A program made the translations under genes and the position numbers. The notes beneath the pieces were generated by a model. It searched no databases. It was not told the origin of the DNA and saw only the letters and a list, made by a program, of their open reading frames with translations. A stretch of DNA of 63,710 nt, filler included, from Chiloscyllium plagiosum (Eukaryota): the NCBI RefSeq assembly GCF_004010195.1. It is 7 parts of one record of this genome, joined end to end, with 100 filler letters (N's around TTAATTAATTAA, not from the genome) between each part and the next. Parts side by side here need not be neighbours in the genome. Positions count along the whole stretch, not along the records: positions 59,320 to 63,710 come from NC_057711.1; 6 more parts are not named here. One strand, 5' to 3'. Within the stretch, counting starts at the first letter, position 1. Every line of letters begins with the position of its first letter. Shown here piece after piece: positions 63,490 to 63,710 of this stretch.

Positions 63490-63710
63490 GAGTCATAGAG
63501 ATGTACAGCATGGAAATAGACCCTTCGGTCCAACCCGTCCATGCCGACCAGATATCCCAACCCAATCTAGTCCCACATGCCAGCACCCGGCCCATATCCC
63601 TCCAAACCCTTCCTATTCATATACCCATCCAAATGTCTCTTAAATGTTGTAATTGTACCAGCCTCCACCACTTCCTCTGGCAGCTCATTCCATACACGTA
63701 CCACCCTCTG
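63490..63710 (-). mobile_element. Young CR1 3' end running off the window
   Basis: Near-identical reverse complement of 19415-19637. Confidence 0.92.

Overview
Vertebrate genomic DNA, most likely from a shark (inferred from HE1-type SINEs and HER1/CR1-type LINEs). Most of the window is nested retroelement debris: CR1 LINEs, Penelope-like elements (PLEs, RT + GIY-YIG), HE1 and Deu-type SINEs, and Rex1/Babar, L1, Gypsy and ERV fragments. Six 100-bp artificial spacers (44 N + TTAATTAATTAA + 44 N) and two plain N gaps interrupt it. Three things stand out. (1) Short minus-strand exons absent from the ORF track spell the C-terminal architecture of a gel-forming mucin/otogelin/VWF-like gene (VWD?-C8-TIL-VWC-like); at least one exon looks decayed. 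(2) An intronless alpha-2C-like adrenergic receptor pseudogene (about 20194-21430, minus) lies between those exons. (3) There are many minimal hammerhead-ribozyme motifs in PLE terminal repeats, including small TSD-flanked fold-back elements with opposed ribozymes and insertions nested in a ribozyme core. All calls were made by eye from motifs; no database searches were run, and repeat boundaries are approximate.
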